Positions 14,384 through 28,224 of a DNA stretch of 64,000 nucleotides are shown piece after piece. The notes beneath the pieces were generated by a model. The model was not told the DNA's origin, did no database searches, and saw only the letters and a program-made list of their open reading frames with translations. The position numbers were made by a program, and so were the translations under genes. The stretch covers positions 992,001 to 1,056,000 of the forward strand of contig OX597837.1 in NCBI GenBank assembly GCA_951406725.2, in the 5' to 3' direction. The DNA is from Octopus vulgaris. Its lineage: Eukaryota. How positions within the stretch are numbered: position 1 is the first letter of the stretch; the number at the start of each line of letters is the position of its first letter.

Positions 14384-15139
14384 CATATATATATATATAA
14401 AGAAGGGAGGGGCGGAAGGAGAGGCAAAATCAAGGTTGCAATAAAAAATGACGTATATAAATTGTATATGGAGGAAAAGGTATGACCGACGTATGCTTCG
14501 TATTCGCATGGTCCTATTGCGTAGTACGTTGGACATGCCTATACATATATGTCGGCATACTCTGGATGTACAACGGCGTGGAACGGAAATATTGAAATCA
14601 CTTTCATATGTATATATATGAAAGCGACAGGTGTGATAATGAGCCGCATCGGAAAGCAAATGCATTACTTCCCTGGTTTCGATGCGGGGTGGATGAAGAG
14701 AAGGAGTTTCCTAACGGACCGTTTCATGTTTTACACACACACACATGGGGGCGGGGAGGCAACGATCATTAAAAAGCAACGAGGGAAACTGTTGAGCACG
14801 AAATCTACTCACGTGGTATACGTACAGTAATATAATTCAGCTGCTTTCATCTTTTAAATCTTCTGAAATAGATGGATCAATAACTAAATGGTATCACGCA
14901 CATATATGTGCGCGCATACACATGCACGCACACACACACACATCATTTACATACATGTATGAGTGCAGACACACATACGTATATGTATTTTTCCCAGATA
15001 TTTATATACATGCATATACTTATATACAGGTATATGAAAGGATGATGATAGCCTTGATAATTAGAAAAAAATAAAAGGATAAAATATACTATGGATTTTG
15101 TTAAATTTAGTTCTCAATACCATCGCCATAATGATGCAG

Positions 15140-15256
15140 GGGAAAGAATGAAACAAAGGAACGAGATGGAGGGAGACTACAGAGGAAGAAGATAAAGATT
15201 ACTAGATAAAGGGAGACGTAAAGATAGGTAGATACACAGACAGAAGACATAGAGAT

Positions 15257-15293
<37 letters not shown>

Positions 15294-16520
15294 TAGGTAG
15301 AAAGATACGTAGGTAGGTAGATAGATAGAGAGAGAGAGAAGGTAGACTGCAAGATAGATATACAGAGAAGATAGATTGATAGTTAGATATCATTAAAGAG
15401 ATGTATTAGAATAATGAGGAATTGGCAGTAAAGAAGAGGTAAGAAAGGATAAATTCTGCGAAGGGAAAATAGATGAAGATAATGGAGAATGAAGCTGAAG
15501 TGTGTTGTGTTTAATATTATAATCGAACTCCACTGGCATGTATTAGACGTTGGTAAATATAATTGGTCCGATTTTCACATTTATTCAGTCAAGGAGAAGA
15601 AGACAGGCAAAATAGAGAGAAGAAAGAAAACAAAAAGCTAATAGAAGCGAAATATATAGGAAGTAAAGATGAGAAGGAAATATTTTTATGGGAGATAAAA
15701 TAGAAAATTGGTTGGAAGAAAAATAGTGAAGTAGTTTGCAGAAAGAATGAGGAATATTGGGGGGAAAGAGAAAAGGTGGTGGGGAACAAGAATGAGAAAT
15801 GAAAGAAGTCATGGTATGGATAGAAGGAATTTAAAAATGGTAGCATGTTAAGTAGTGGGACTCTATAGGGAAACCGAAAGAATAGTAAAAGGTGAGATGT
15901 TTGTGGGACGAATACTAGAAAACATACGACGAATAGAAAATCAGAAAAAGGTAAAAGTGAGATACTTTGGGAAGGGAAAGGTTTTGGGAAACCTATTATG
16001 TATGGAAAAAAGAGAAAAAATGGTAAAAGGTGAGAGATATGAGGTGGGAATTCACGAAAACAGATATAGCGTATGGAAAAACAGAAAATTAGAGAAAGGA
16101 ACACAGACGAAAGTAAAGGGGTTACGAAACAGAAAAGAGGGGTAGATTACAGGTAAATTATTTGCTGAGATGCAAGGGAAATATTTTTAAGGATAGAGAA
16201 ATATTGTAGGGAAAATTGTAAAATTTTAGAAAAAGAGGTAAAAACTCCCAAATAAAATAGAAAATGAAGGGAATAATCCAATGTATGTATAAAGAAATAG
16301 CTGCAAGGATGGATTAGACTTGAAAAAACAAAACAAAAAAAAAACAGCATAAAACTTGGAACTGAGCGGAAAACAGTGAAAAAGAAATTATAGAAATGTG
16401 GAAATAAGAGAACAAGAAATATTGAAGGGTTAAAGAGCGAGAAGTAGAACAAATTGAAGAGGAATTTATGAGAAGACAAAGAAAATGAGAGATAAACAGA
16501 TAAGAAAATGGGTGCAGAAT
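15140..16520. repeat. ~1.4 kb purine-rich (A/G) low-complexity tract
   Basis: Strong strand asymmetry. It explains the F/L/S-rich minus-strand ORFs. Confidence 0.8.
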
Positions 16521-16735
16521 GTTCGAAAATATATTTAAAAATGCATGTACGATACTGGCAAATTAATTTAGGAAACTTTTAATTATATCTTCCAATTTAT
16601 AACTAGATTAAAAAACAGAACCGAACTAATATGATAGAATGAAAAATAGAAAAAATAGGTGGCCAAAACTGGAATGTCATTTAACCTAAGTCTACTGAGC
16701 CTAAAATTCCCCGGGGCTTATAAACAAAAACAAAA

Positions 16736-16998
16736 CTGCAAAAGGAATTTAAAAACGTAGTTAATGATGATGAAATAAGTATTTTTTGTTGTACACGTTT
16801 CGTGACGTCCTGTGGCCACATACGCATATATATATATAAGATATAAATAATATATATGCATATATACATACGTATATGTACATACTTACATCTATACTTA
16901 TATATATATGCGTATGTGGGCACAGGACGTCACGAAACGTGTACAACAAAAATACTTATTTCATCATTATTAACTACGTTTTTAGATTCCTTTTGCAG
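16736..16998. repeat. Inverted repeat with ~103 bp arms (16736-16840 and 16897-16998) and a 56 bp spacer
   Basis: ctgcaaaaggaattt...cgcatatatatataag is the reverse complement of cttatatata...ttccttttgcag. The spacer and right arm resemble 39105-39215. Confidence 0.9.
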
Positions 16999-17001
16999 AT
17001 T

Positions 17002-17038
<37 letters not shown>

Positions 17039-17065
17039 ATATATATATATATATATATGTATATT

Positions 17066-17238
17066 TTTCTCTCCTTCTTTCTGTGTTTTTTTCTCTCTGT
17101 GTATCTTTCTGTTGAAGAGCGTAGGCTCGAAACGTTAAAGACTTGTTTTATTTATATTTCCTGAGCGCCATACTAATACAATTGTTCGTTTGTTTTCCAC
17201 CTGCCTTCGTCTTTTGTCTATTTTCATAAAGCTTCCCG

Positions 17239-17240
<2 letters not shown>
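17066..17240 (+). mobile_element. Short Penelope-like terminal fragment in (TA)n with a hammerhead-like motif (17104-17141)
   Basis: tcttt-CTGTTGA-a-gagc(gtag)gctc-GAAA-cg-TT-aaaga: 5 bp helix I, 4 bp helix II and palindromic ACGT helix III. Confidence 0.65.
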
Positions 17241-17302
<62 letters not shown>

Positions 17303-17901
17303 ATATATATATATAAAACTGATGAATCTAATATACAACCTGAATTCAATCTAAGGTAAAAAAAAACAAAAACGCATAGATCAACGACTCCAAGGTTCTT
17401 TACCAAAACGATAACAAAGTAAACTGCCTCAATATACGTGAACATAAATATTGTTGTTGATCAACCCCAACGCTGGTCATTGAGGTCTTTCATTAAAGCA
17501 GTGACCATCGCAACTTTCCAGACATAGTGTTCATAGTGTATCTAGGACTACATTATCCAGTCTTAACATTTCGATATTTTTATATTAAGATAAGGTGTTA
17601 TATATTTGAAGACAATATGCCTAACATTAACAGATCAGAAGATTGTATTGAGATTCGTCGATTTATCGAACGAGATGACGATGTTAAACTGATGAGGGAG
17701 TGAGGTTTGGCCACCATTAGCTGAACACTAAATTTTGTTTGAATAAATTAGTATTTCAAGGAACTTCGGCCAAAAGTTTAATTAAGCGGGATAAACAAGC
17801 AGGAGTAGTGCTAGCTTTGTATTACTAAAAGGACCAAAACCAAACCTAATTTGGAGCATATGATAAACACTCCTATTGATGTAAGAATAGATGGGTGCGC
17901 A

Positions 17902-18064
17902 CCGTATTTTGACGTGTAGAAGGAGACCCCCAATGTTTGGGGCTTAAAATTTGGAAAAAAACGTTTTGTAAAGGATTATAATACTATCCATATATAAGAA
18001 AGTCCTATATTTTTCAAACCTAATTTTTGACAAAAAAGGGTCCCTTATACACGTTTAATTACGG
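17902..18064. mobile_element. MITE with CCGTA...TACGG termini (Tc1/mariner superfamily-like)
   Basis: Left end ccgtattttgacgtgtagaagg; the reverse complement of the right end is ccgtaattaaacgtgtataagg. The right flank is TA. Confidence 0.7.
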
Positions 18065-18103
<39 letters not shown>

Positions 18104-18219
18104 TAGAAAACTACATACATTGATATATAACAATATCACTTGAAAGATAGATTGATACTTATATATAGGCATACAATTATGTATATGCGCATACATTTAT
18201 TTGTATGTATGCATGTATG

Positions 18220-18258
<39 letters not shown>

Positions 18259-18364
18259 ATACACATTGTGTACAGGACACCATCAACGACTGAAAATACG
18301 CAAACACGAGAGTTAAGAACAGGACAAAAATCATACACAAGAAGTCTAGGACATCACCAACGAG

Positions 18365-18405
<41 letters not shown>

Positions 18406-18563
18406 CATACATACATACATACATACATACATACATACATGTATACATGCGCATATATTTAAGCATACATTCACACAGAAAACTACAGATAGATAGGTAA
18501 CGTGTTATTTAACTGATGTATGTGTATGTGTGGAAAGAGATAATGGGACAAGAGAGAGGTATG

Positions 18564-18849
18564 TAATGCAAGTTTGTGTGTAGTAAGATGTGCAGCGTAT
18601 TAAATGCATAAACCAACGAGGACGAAAGTCTAAAAGGCAAAAATAAAAAATATGGCAAAATAATAATAGTAATAATAATAATAATGAGAAAAAAAACAAT
18701 AATATAAAAATAAAGCAATAAAGAACTAAAAATGTTAAAAGGATAATAGAAGAAGAAAAAAACGAGTTCACGACTGTTGTATTGGTTGTAGGTAGGGGGT
18801 TAATACACTCATTACACTGGGTCCCTTTTTAAATCTTTTTTTTTCTGGT
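18564..18849. repeat. Near-identical direct repeat, copy 1 (286 bp)
   Basis: Matches 19944-20231 apart from homopolymer lengths and about one substitution. Confidence 0.95.
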
Positions 18850-19144
18850 TTCATTTTCTGATCCCTTTTTTTTTTCTTAAGCGCCATTTTATTTCGTGTT
18901 AATGTTTTTGTTTATTTCTTTTTTAATAATCTTTCTCGATGCGATTGGCTCAGTTCGGCTTCCCGGAACTACAATAAGGACAACAATAACGACAACAACA
19001 ACAACTTTTACAAATACAACTACTATATTGTCAAACGATAGCTAGAGCAATAACTATATGTAATGTGTTTGGGGTAAGAATTGCAATAACAACAGCATCT
19101 GCAACAACAACAACAACAACAACAACATCATAACAACTACTTGC

Positions 19145-19465
19145 CTGACCTTCCGTCAGTTTCGACGACGAGTGTTCCAGTTGATACGATCAACGGAACA
19201 GCTTGCTTGCGAAAATTATGTGAAAGTGGTTGAGTACTCCACAGACGTGCGTACTCTTAACGTAGTTGTCAGTTTGATTCAGCGTGACACAGAATGTGGT
19301 AAATTTGGCCTTTGAATTATTGGTACTACTCATTTTTACCATCTGGGGGTGGGGACCGGTCCCACGTGAAGTAAAGTGTCTTGCTCAAGGACACAATACG
19401 CCGCCTGGAATCGAACTCAGGACTTTACGACGATGACCCAGATACCCTTGTTACTAAGCCATTCA
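19145..19465 (-). mobile_element. tRNA-derived SINE family D (CORE-like body)
   Basis: The reverse strand has tggcttagtaac, B-box gagttcgattcc and ccttgagcaagacacttta. The body is shared with 27250-27555, 31378-31620 and 52585-52855. Confidence 0.8.
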
Positions 19466-19885
19466 CCTCTTATCCTTGATAACAGCCACATTAGAAACAA
19501 AATTTACAAGAATAACGTCTTCAATAGCAACAGCAACATCAATATCAATGACTGAAATAACTTTAATACCTACTCCGATAGGTACGTACAACAACCACAG
19601 CAACTACAACAATACTAACAGCAAGAATATTTACAATAACATAGACAACGATTTGCACAATAACTGCAATATAGGAATGACAACAACAACAACTACAACA
19701 TTAGCGACAGTTACAGCAAGAGCAGTAACGAGGTTTAAAGGGGAGCTTGTATATTCTTGATTGATCTGCTAGAGAAAATAACCAAATATCTCTCAAATCA
19801 TAACGTACAGTTTTGAGGAAGGACATGGTGTATAGGTCTAGATTTTTTTTTTAAAATTTCGTCCAAATGGTTCCATAAAGACTTC

Positions 19886-19943
<58 letters not shown>

Positions 19944-19945
<2 letters not shown>

Positions 19946-20231
19946 ATGCAAGTTTGTGTGTAGTAAGATGTGCAGCGTATTAAATGCATAAACCAACGAG
20001 GACGAAAGTCTAAAAGGCAAAAATAAAAAATATGGCAAAATAATAATAGTAATAATAATAATAATGAGAAAAAAAAACAATAATATAAAAATAAAGCAAT
20101 AAAGAACTAAAAATGTTAAAAGGATAATAGAAGAAGAAAAAAACGAGTTCACGACTGTTGTATTGGTTGTAGGTAGGGGGTTAATACACTCATTACACTG
20201 GGTCTCTTTTTAAATCTTTTTTTTTTCTGGT
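19944..20231. repeat. Near-identical direct repeat, copy 2, preceded by (ATT)n
   Basis: See 18564-18849. It lies between the two halves of a family C repeat (~19760-19880 and 20232-20300). Confidence 0.95.
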
Positions 20232-20394
20232 GCGGTGGCCACAGTTGGAATATCTTTGATCACAGTTCGTCTTAGTAAGTGTTGATACGATGACTTAGGC
20301 ATCGATAAATAATATGAGCGAAAATAATGAAAGAACATTGATTCATTCACAACAATGGCGAGTAAAACATGTGATAATCCAGAATAATCCAGAC

Positions 20395-20545
20395 GGTTGT
20401 TTGATCTGCTAGAAAAGGCAACGGAAACCTCCTACAATTCACTCTGTCGTAAAGAAAATAAGAAACGATCTAGGAGATGCGAGGGTCACGGTAGGAATAT
20501 CTTTTATCACAGATTTGCTTAGTCACAGTTAACATGGGGTGGTGG
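20395..20545 (+). repeat. Old dispersed repeat family C
   Basis: ttgatctgctagaaa...ggtcacggtaggaatatcttttatcacag. Similar pieces occur at ~19760, 23520-23680, 25340-25640, 48360-48430 and 55580-55730, and on the minus strand at ~17480-17620 and 58015-58195. Confidence 0.6.
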
Positions 20546-22643
20546 AATAAAATAAAATTAACGACAAAAACTTAACGAGACTGAAAGCAACGCTAAAAGA
20601 ACGAAAAACAAAGAAATCGGGAAAACAAAATCAACCGTAAGAACACCACCACAATCAACGACTACGTTCCATTTATGCAAATTACTTTTCTTCACGTGTT
20701 CTAACCTTTTATCTTTGACTAAGAGTCTTGTCTGCTGAAGAGATATTAGGACGACTGCTGTGCTGACGATGCCTGTTAAAGTAGGATCAGGTCCACAACT
20801 GTCCTCTTGTCTCCAGAGAATGAAACTCTTTCTCATATAGATAATGGAGAAATCTTATGCTTGGGATTATCTCCACCTCTTATTCGGAATTGGTTTTAAT
20901 TGCCACCAGGTAGTTATTTTACCTCCTCTGGAAATGAAGATAATTTCAACAAAGCGGACAAGAATTTATTTTGGTTGTTATTTAATGTACATTTTTTCGT
21001 CCCTTTTTGTTCAAATACCTGCCTCTGGCTCGCCTAAGTTGTTTCTTTTCTCGTTCTCGCTATGTACACACACGCCTGGGGATGGGTGCGCATATATGTG
21101 TGTGTGTATGTGCGTATATCTTTCTGTAGATGTATGCGTGCGTATGTGCGTGTGAGGGTGGGGTGAGTTAAGTGTATATATGCGTGTCTTGTATAAATGC
21201 AAGCTATTAATGTTATTCCTTGCGGTAAAATCTTGCCTTTTTTCTAAGGGTTCTTCTCAACTGTCTCTGCATCAGCAAGGCTTCTCTGATGGAAAAAAAT
21301 AAATTATCCCCCAAAAAGCAAAGGACTTCCATTTTTCTTCACGAGCTGATTGAGTTAAATCTCATATAAGCGAAAAACCATTCCGATCGAGACATCTTGC
21401 TTTGTTTTCGATAAAATCCAGTTCATTTACTTCTCTGAAGAAATTAATCAGTTAATTTCTTTAAAAAAAATTAATTTCTTTAACAAAATTGAAAATCAAA
21501 GAAAGACAATTTAATATATTGAGTAATCTGTTGTATACATTTGTATAAGGTTTCGATGCTGGAGATATCGTCAGCGCAGATATTACTTTGTATTTAAAGT
21601 GAATCATTTAATACGAGAAAAATCATACACTGACCGACTATGGAATATTGTGAAGATGAATACACATTCAAGATTATTTCGGTCTTTAGTCAGTAATTGT
21701 ATTTCTTTTTTCACATGTACAACGTGAAAATAATACAGTTACTGTCAGATTTTCTCTTTCTCTCTCTGTACACACACACACACGGGCATATCGATAAATA
21801 GATGTAGTGCGCAGGGATATAGAACAAAGACATGCACACGCATATGTATGTATACACACATGCATGTGTATCCATATGACGCACACGGGACACAGCTGTA
21901 CAGTTTCTCTCTACCAATCATTCTCCTAAAGTATTGGCTAGACGGAGCAGCAGACACCGTGGTATCTAAGGAACCATGCTCTGGTACCGAACTCGAATCC
22001 ACATGACTACAAAGAGGACTTCTCAATGGTGGCGGGAGATTAGGATAGTGAGAAATGCGGACAAGGGATAGATCGATTGATAGATTCTTAGACATCTTGG
22101 TGTGTGTGTGTGTGTGTGTGTGTGTTGGTAATTCTCAGCATTGTTTTCTGACCCCATCCTCACACATTAACATTCACAGATTTCTTTTCACCTTCAGCCA
22201 TTACTATTGTGTCTTCGCCATATTGATATATTCGTCCTGTGACACACCATGTCACCGTGCCGCCATCAACACGAGATCGCGTTGGTGGCTGCCCCAAAAC
22301 ATTAGGACAACCATTGCCACCGTTACCACCACCACCACCACCACCACCGTCGTCGTCACTATCATTACCTTCAACACCAACCCATAGCAATATCAACTGC
22401 CGAAATGAGCAATGACCAGCTACATAATTAATCCACTTAATGAGAACTAAATTGTCCTCACAATCACCACTAACTCTAGAGTCTTAAGAGAAAGAAATCA
22501 TTGTATCACACACACACACACACACACACCGTAATCGCAGTCTTGCCATAGTACTACACGCACACACATTATTATTATTATTATTGTTATTATTATTATT
22601 ATTATTGTTATTATTATTATTATTATTATTATTGTTATTGTTA

Positions 22644-22678
<35 letters not shown>

Positions 22679-22681
22679 GTG

Positions 22682-22992
22682 AAGGCGCATGGCTCAGTGG
22701 TTAGAGCGTCAAGCTTACGATCGTGAGGTTGTGAGTTCGAATCCCGGACCGTGTTGTGTTCTTGAGCAAGACACTTTATTTCACATTGCTCCAGTTCACT
22801 CAGCTGTAGAAATGAGTTGCGATGTCACGGGTGCCAAGCTGTATCGCCATTTGCCTTTCCCTTGGATAACACTGGTGGCGTGGAGAGGGGAGGCCGGTAT
22901 GCATGGGCGACTGCTAGGCTTCCATAAACATCCTTGCCCGGACTTGTGCCTGGGCAATCCCATGGTCAGTCATGACCAAAAGGGGTCTCAGC
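22682..22992 (+). mobile_element. tRNA-derived SINE with CORE-like domain
   Basis: A-box tggctcagtgg, B-box agttcgaatcc, then cttgagcaagacactttatttcac. It follows a long (ATT)n. Confidence 0.85.
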
Positions 22993-22997
22993 ATATT

Positions 22998-23352
22998 ATT
23001 ATTTTTACTTCATCGTTTTCAGTCGTGTTTGTTTGTCCATGGACAAGATATCTCAAGAACCGCTGGATGGATTCGGATGAAACTTTCAGGGATGTTTAGC
23101 CTTGTGACTGGCACGAACTGATTAGATTTTGGGATCGATCTAGAACCGGACAAGGATTCTGGTTAATTTTTCCTGTTCTTTTTTTCACTTAATTTTTGAG
23201 AGCGATCGATTTCATTTTTAGTATTCACATTTGTAAGAGCAGTCGAGTTTATTTCAGATATTCTCATTTTAAAAATCATCACCGGCTTATCGTTGAGGGG
23301 ACGTTGGTGTTGCCTTGGCGGAGGTTTGCGCAGTTCTGAGTACTCTTGTTAT
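22998..23352 (+). mobile_element. Non-autonomous Helentron/HINE (DINE-1-like) element, 5' end eroded
   Basis: (GTTT)n near the 5' end, ggatggattcggatgaaactt, and a 3' ccttggcggaggt followed by a short hairpin in T-rich flanks. Homologous to 36125-36492. Confidence 0.7.
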
Positions 23353-24290
23353 TATTATTATTATTTTAATTTCTAGTATTGTATAGAGCTGTGAAAAAGA
23401 CTACATTCACGGAGAAAGCGCCTTTAAACATCTCCTGGTTTAAAGTTGACCTGGGGTTAAACGATATACTATAACCGTCATGATCAACCTCCAGTCAATG
23501 AGAAAGCTACACTGTTCTCGGTAAAATGCTAAATATCGCAGCCTTATCTCCCTCATATTGCACCCTGCTGGCTAAAAGAAAAGTGACATTAGTTAACGTA
23601 ATCGCGCGGTATATCTCTAATCAGGCGATATGGTCGCAGTTGGACTGTCTTTGATCAAAGGTTTACGTTTTCAAGACTGAGACACTAGGTAAGAAGCACT
23701 GCTACCACTAGCACCAACACCACAACAACAGTGCCACCACTGGCAACACTACCGATACAATCACTACTGTTCCCGACAACAAGACTACTAACAACCGCCA
23801 TTACTACCATGACCAACACAACATAACGACCAGTATCAGCATCAAAATACAGCGATACTACCACTGACACCACTAAGAACATCACGGCCGTGACTATACC
23901 ACTCTACAACAACCACTACAACCCCTACCCCAACACCATCACCACCACCGTCATCCCTATCCCTTCTTTCCCTGCACCATCACATATCCCCTATTCAATA
24001 GCCTTTTATAGGTTTCATTACATTGTCCCCTAAACACCAACCCCCGCCACCACATGTATTTATATTTTTATTACTTTCCCTACATTCCGGACTATTTTTT
24101 TTTTTCGTTTCCTATATTTTTTATATATTTTGTTTTATTTCTCATTATTATTGTTGTTGTTTTTGATGGTGATTTTTTTATACTTCTTGTTAATGTTAAT
24201 GGCTATTGACACAATTGTCCTCACATGGGTGGACATTATCTGTCTGTCTGTCTGTCTCTCTATCTATTTGCCTGTCTCTCTGTCTCTGTC

Positions 24291-24325
<35 letters not shown>

Positions 24326-24353
24326 GCAGCCCTGTGTGGCTAATAAAGAAACA

Positions 24354-24394
<41 letters not shown>

Positions 24395-24423
24395 GTCTGT
24401 CTATCTATTTGCCTGTCTCTCTG

Positions 24424-24488
<65 letters not shown>

Positions 24489-25339
24489 CTATCTATCTCT
24501 GACTGTCTATTTATCTATCTAAGTATCTATCTACCTCTCTCTTACACGCACACACACACACAAATATGAAATGAGTATATATATATATATACGTATATAT
24601 ATGCACACACACACACATACATCCCCTGAAATTGCTCAATGTTTACTCCTACTCTTCTATTCAATTCCTCTCCCTCCCTCCCACTCACACATCTTAAAAC
24701 CTCGACCACGTTTCTCCACCTACCCTCACTACCACCGCCGCCGCCGTCGCCACCAACGACGACGTAAGGAATGAACCAATCAAGAGAGACAGAAAGTCTC
24801 TTTACAGTCGTCCAACATTCCTGAAATCACTGCCTTACCTTCTTGGAATAATAATAGTAAGAAGAATAAGAATAATATGTTAATAATAATAATAATAATA
24901 ATGTTAATAATATTAATAAAAATGTTAGTAATAATACTGATATAATAATTAATAATGGTTATTCCAGCAACAACAATAGTAATAGCAATAATAATAATTC
25001 CAGCAGCAGCAGCAGCAAAAGCAACGACAATAATACTGACGGAAAACTGCTGAAAAGGCCATTGACAATGGTTCTGTCTTGTCTGGGATAACTTGGGTCA
25101 AAAATAATTATAGAAACTACAACAGTACAAACGACAACAACAGCAAAGCCATCATCAATACTAATATGACCACCACTATTAACACCACCCATAACATGGC
25201 TAGTGGCTTCGCCATCTTCATCACTACACCGCCGCCACCACCACCACCACTACCACCACCACCACTACCACCACCACCACCACCACCGTTCTTACTGGTA
25301 TTAATACACAACAGCTAATAAGAATGCTTCTACGCTGGC

Positions 25340-25640
25340 GCTGAAATTGTTAGAAATAGCAGTCGCTACAACCTGAAACAACCTTATACAGTTTTTTTAA
25401 TAAGTGAAGGACAAAGAAAACGGGGAGGAAGTGTTTTTACATAGTCGCACGTACTGTTAGAAATAGCAACCAAATCTCCCCACAAATCACGTCACACGGT
25501 GTTAAAATATGAACGTGTTGGATTCCCTGCAAAGAAACAAAAAGAAAAGAAAAATCGAGGCGTGATAGTCACGGCTGGAATGTCGTTGATCAGTTGATCA
25601 GTGACTAACTGGATTAGAGCTGACCTGATGGTAATTAACA
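25340..25640 (+). repeat. Family C repeat with a partially duplicated head
   Basis: tgttagaaatagcag/tgttagaaatagcaa occurs twice, followed by gtcacggctggaatg and gctgacctga. Confidence 0.6.
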
Positions 25641-26586
25641 ACAGTGATATTACCATCACAACCACCTCCACCACACCGTCCGAACATTGACATCGCTGCC
25701 GCCGCCCCCGTTTGACCACATTCAACGATGTTAGGTCGTTATGTCCGTTATTTGAATCTACACCACGCCACACACATACACTGCCCCTTCACTCAGCTCT
25801 CCTGTACTGCACCTCCAACCACGACCATCACTAGCACCACCACCGCCACCAGTGCGTTCATTTACATTCTTACCACTATACACATATGTCACAGATCCAT
25901 CACCTCTCACCGCCACCACCAATACCACTTCTACGCAAACATATATAGCTGGTCCTGAAACTCTACCCTCACTGCCACCTTCCCCTCACCCCCGATATCA
26001 TCCCCACCATTTCGACTTCCACCAACATCACCATCATCACGAAAAAAATTCCGCCGTGCCCGCCCTCGCCACCCCTACCACCACCAGAATCTCTGTTACC
26101 ACAGACATCACTACCGCCAGCAAGCTTACCCCATCTCTACTACCACTCTCAACACCACCCTCACCAACACCACAAATATTGCCACCACCACCACCATCTC
26201 TCTCTCTCTCTCATATCCATTACCAGCCGTTCCTCGGATCCCATTTCATGTTTGGACGAAGATGGAGTGGGGAGAGACGAGCGATGAGAGGAGGGGGAGT
26301 TTCAAATTGACATTTTTTAATCTTTATCGGATCTCTCGGTGATCGTGGGACACAATCAGGGTTAACCCTTCACCACATACATACAAGCACACACAATGCA
26401 CGCACGCGCACCCATTCGCTATAGCATATATAGACACTCACGTGCTTCTAGCCATTCACAAACACTTATAGACGTGTGTGTGTGTGTGTGTGTATGTGTG
26501 TGTGTACACGCGCGTACGCGGTTATAAACACGTAATACATTCTTCCGAATATATGTTGACAAAACATTGTGTCTGTATATGTATGA

Positions 26587-26625
<39 letters not shown>

Positions 26626-26668
26626 AGTATTTCTAAATTGAATTTTCCCCTGTAAGTTTGGAATAATA

Positions 26669-26772
<104 letters not shown>

Positions 26773-26886
26773 TGTATGTATACGTACACTAAAGTAAGCA
26801 CATAAATGTGAAACAAGGTGGGAAAAATTAGTACTCGAATACTATTATAATTTATTATAATTAAAGCTGGGAAAACATCATCAGAA

Positions 26887-27001
26887 AAATATTACCAAAA
26901 ACTGCTATTCAGAATTTCCCGTTTCCGTTCGTCGGACAATTTTGAGTGAGGTCCGACGAACGGGAACGTGAAACTCTGAAGAGCAGGTTTTTGTAATATT
27001 T
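26887..27001. repeat. Imperfect hairpin (51 bp arms, 13 nt loop) with hammerhead-like cores on both arms
   Basis: aaatattaccaaaaactgct...gtcggac pairs with gtccgac...tttttgtaatattt. Both arms contain CCGACGA-acg(NNNN)cgN-GAAA. Confidence 0.8.
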
Positions 27002-27249
27002 CATATATATATATATATATATACGTATATGAAGATTGGTGTAGAACTCAATATGCGCATGCTTCAGAACGAGGTGTTAGACTAGTATAGAACGGTAATT
27101 AGCAAATGAGATGACAAAAGAATACTTTATCTTATGAACTTCATTGGCTTACCGCTGTTTCTCCTACGAGATGCAATGCACTCATTGTTGATTATAAGCA
27201 TACATATACACACTCACGCACAAGCAAGCACAAATGCAAGGGTTACTGG

Positions 27250-27667
<418 letters not shown>

Positions 27668-27687
27668 AATTAACACAAACATATATA

Positions 27688-28074
27688 GGCGCAGGAGTGG
27701 CTGTGTGGTAAGTAGCTTGCTTAGTAACCACATGGTTCCAGGTTCAGTCCCACTGCGTGGCGACTTGGACAAGTGTCTTCTACTATAGCCTTGGGACGAC
27801 CAAAACCTCGAGTGGATTTGGTAGACGGAAAATGAAAGAAGCCTGTCGTATATATAAATATATGCATATATATATATATGCTTGTGTGTATGTCTCCCCA
27901 CCAGAGCTTGACAACCGATGTTGGTGTGTTTATTGGCCCGTAACCTAGTAGTTCTGCAAAAGAGACCGCTAGAATAAGTACTAGGCTTACGAAGAATAAG
28001 TCCTGGGGTCGATTTGTTCGACTAAAGACGGTGCTCCATCATGACCGCAGTCAAATGACTGAAACGAATACTGA

Positions 28075-28075
<1 letters not shown>
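27688..28075 (+). mobile_element. SINE family A copy
   Basis: Runs from ggcgcaggagtggctgtgtggtaag to gcagtcaaatgactgaaac. Confidence 0.9.
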
Positions 28076-28107
<32 letters not shown>

Positions 28108-28182
28108 AAATGTAATATACATACATACAAAGAGGTACAAATTCTATACAGATACTAGCATATGATACACACATACGAACAA

Positions 28183-28224
<42 letters not shown>

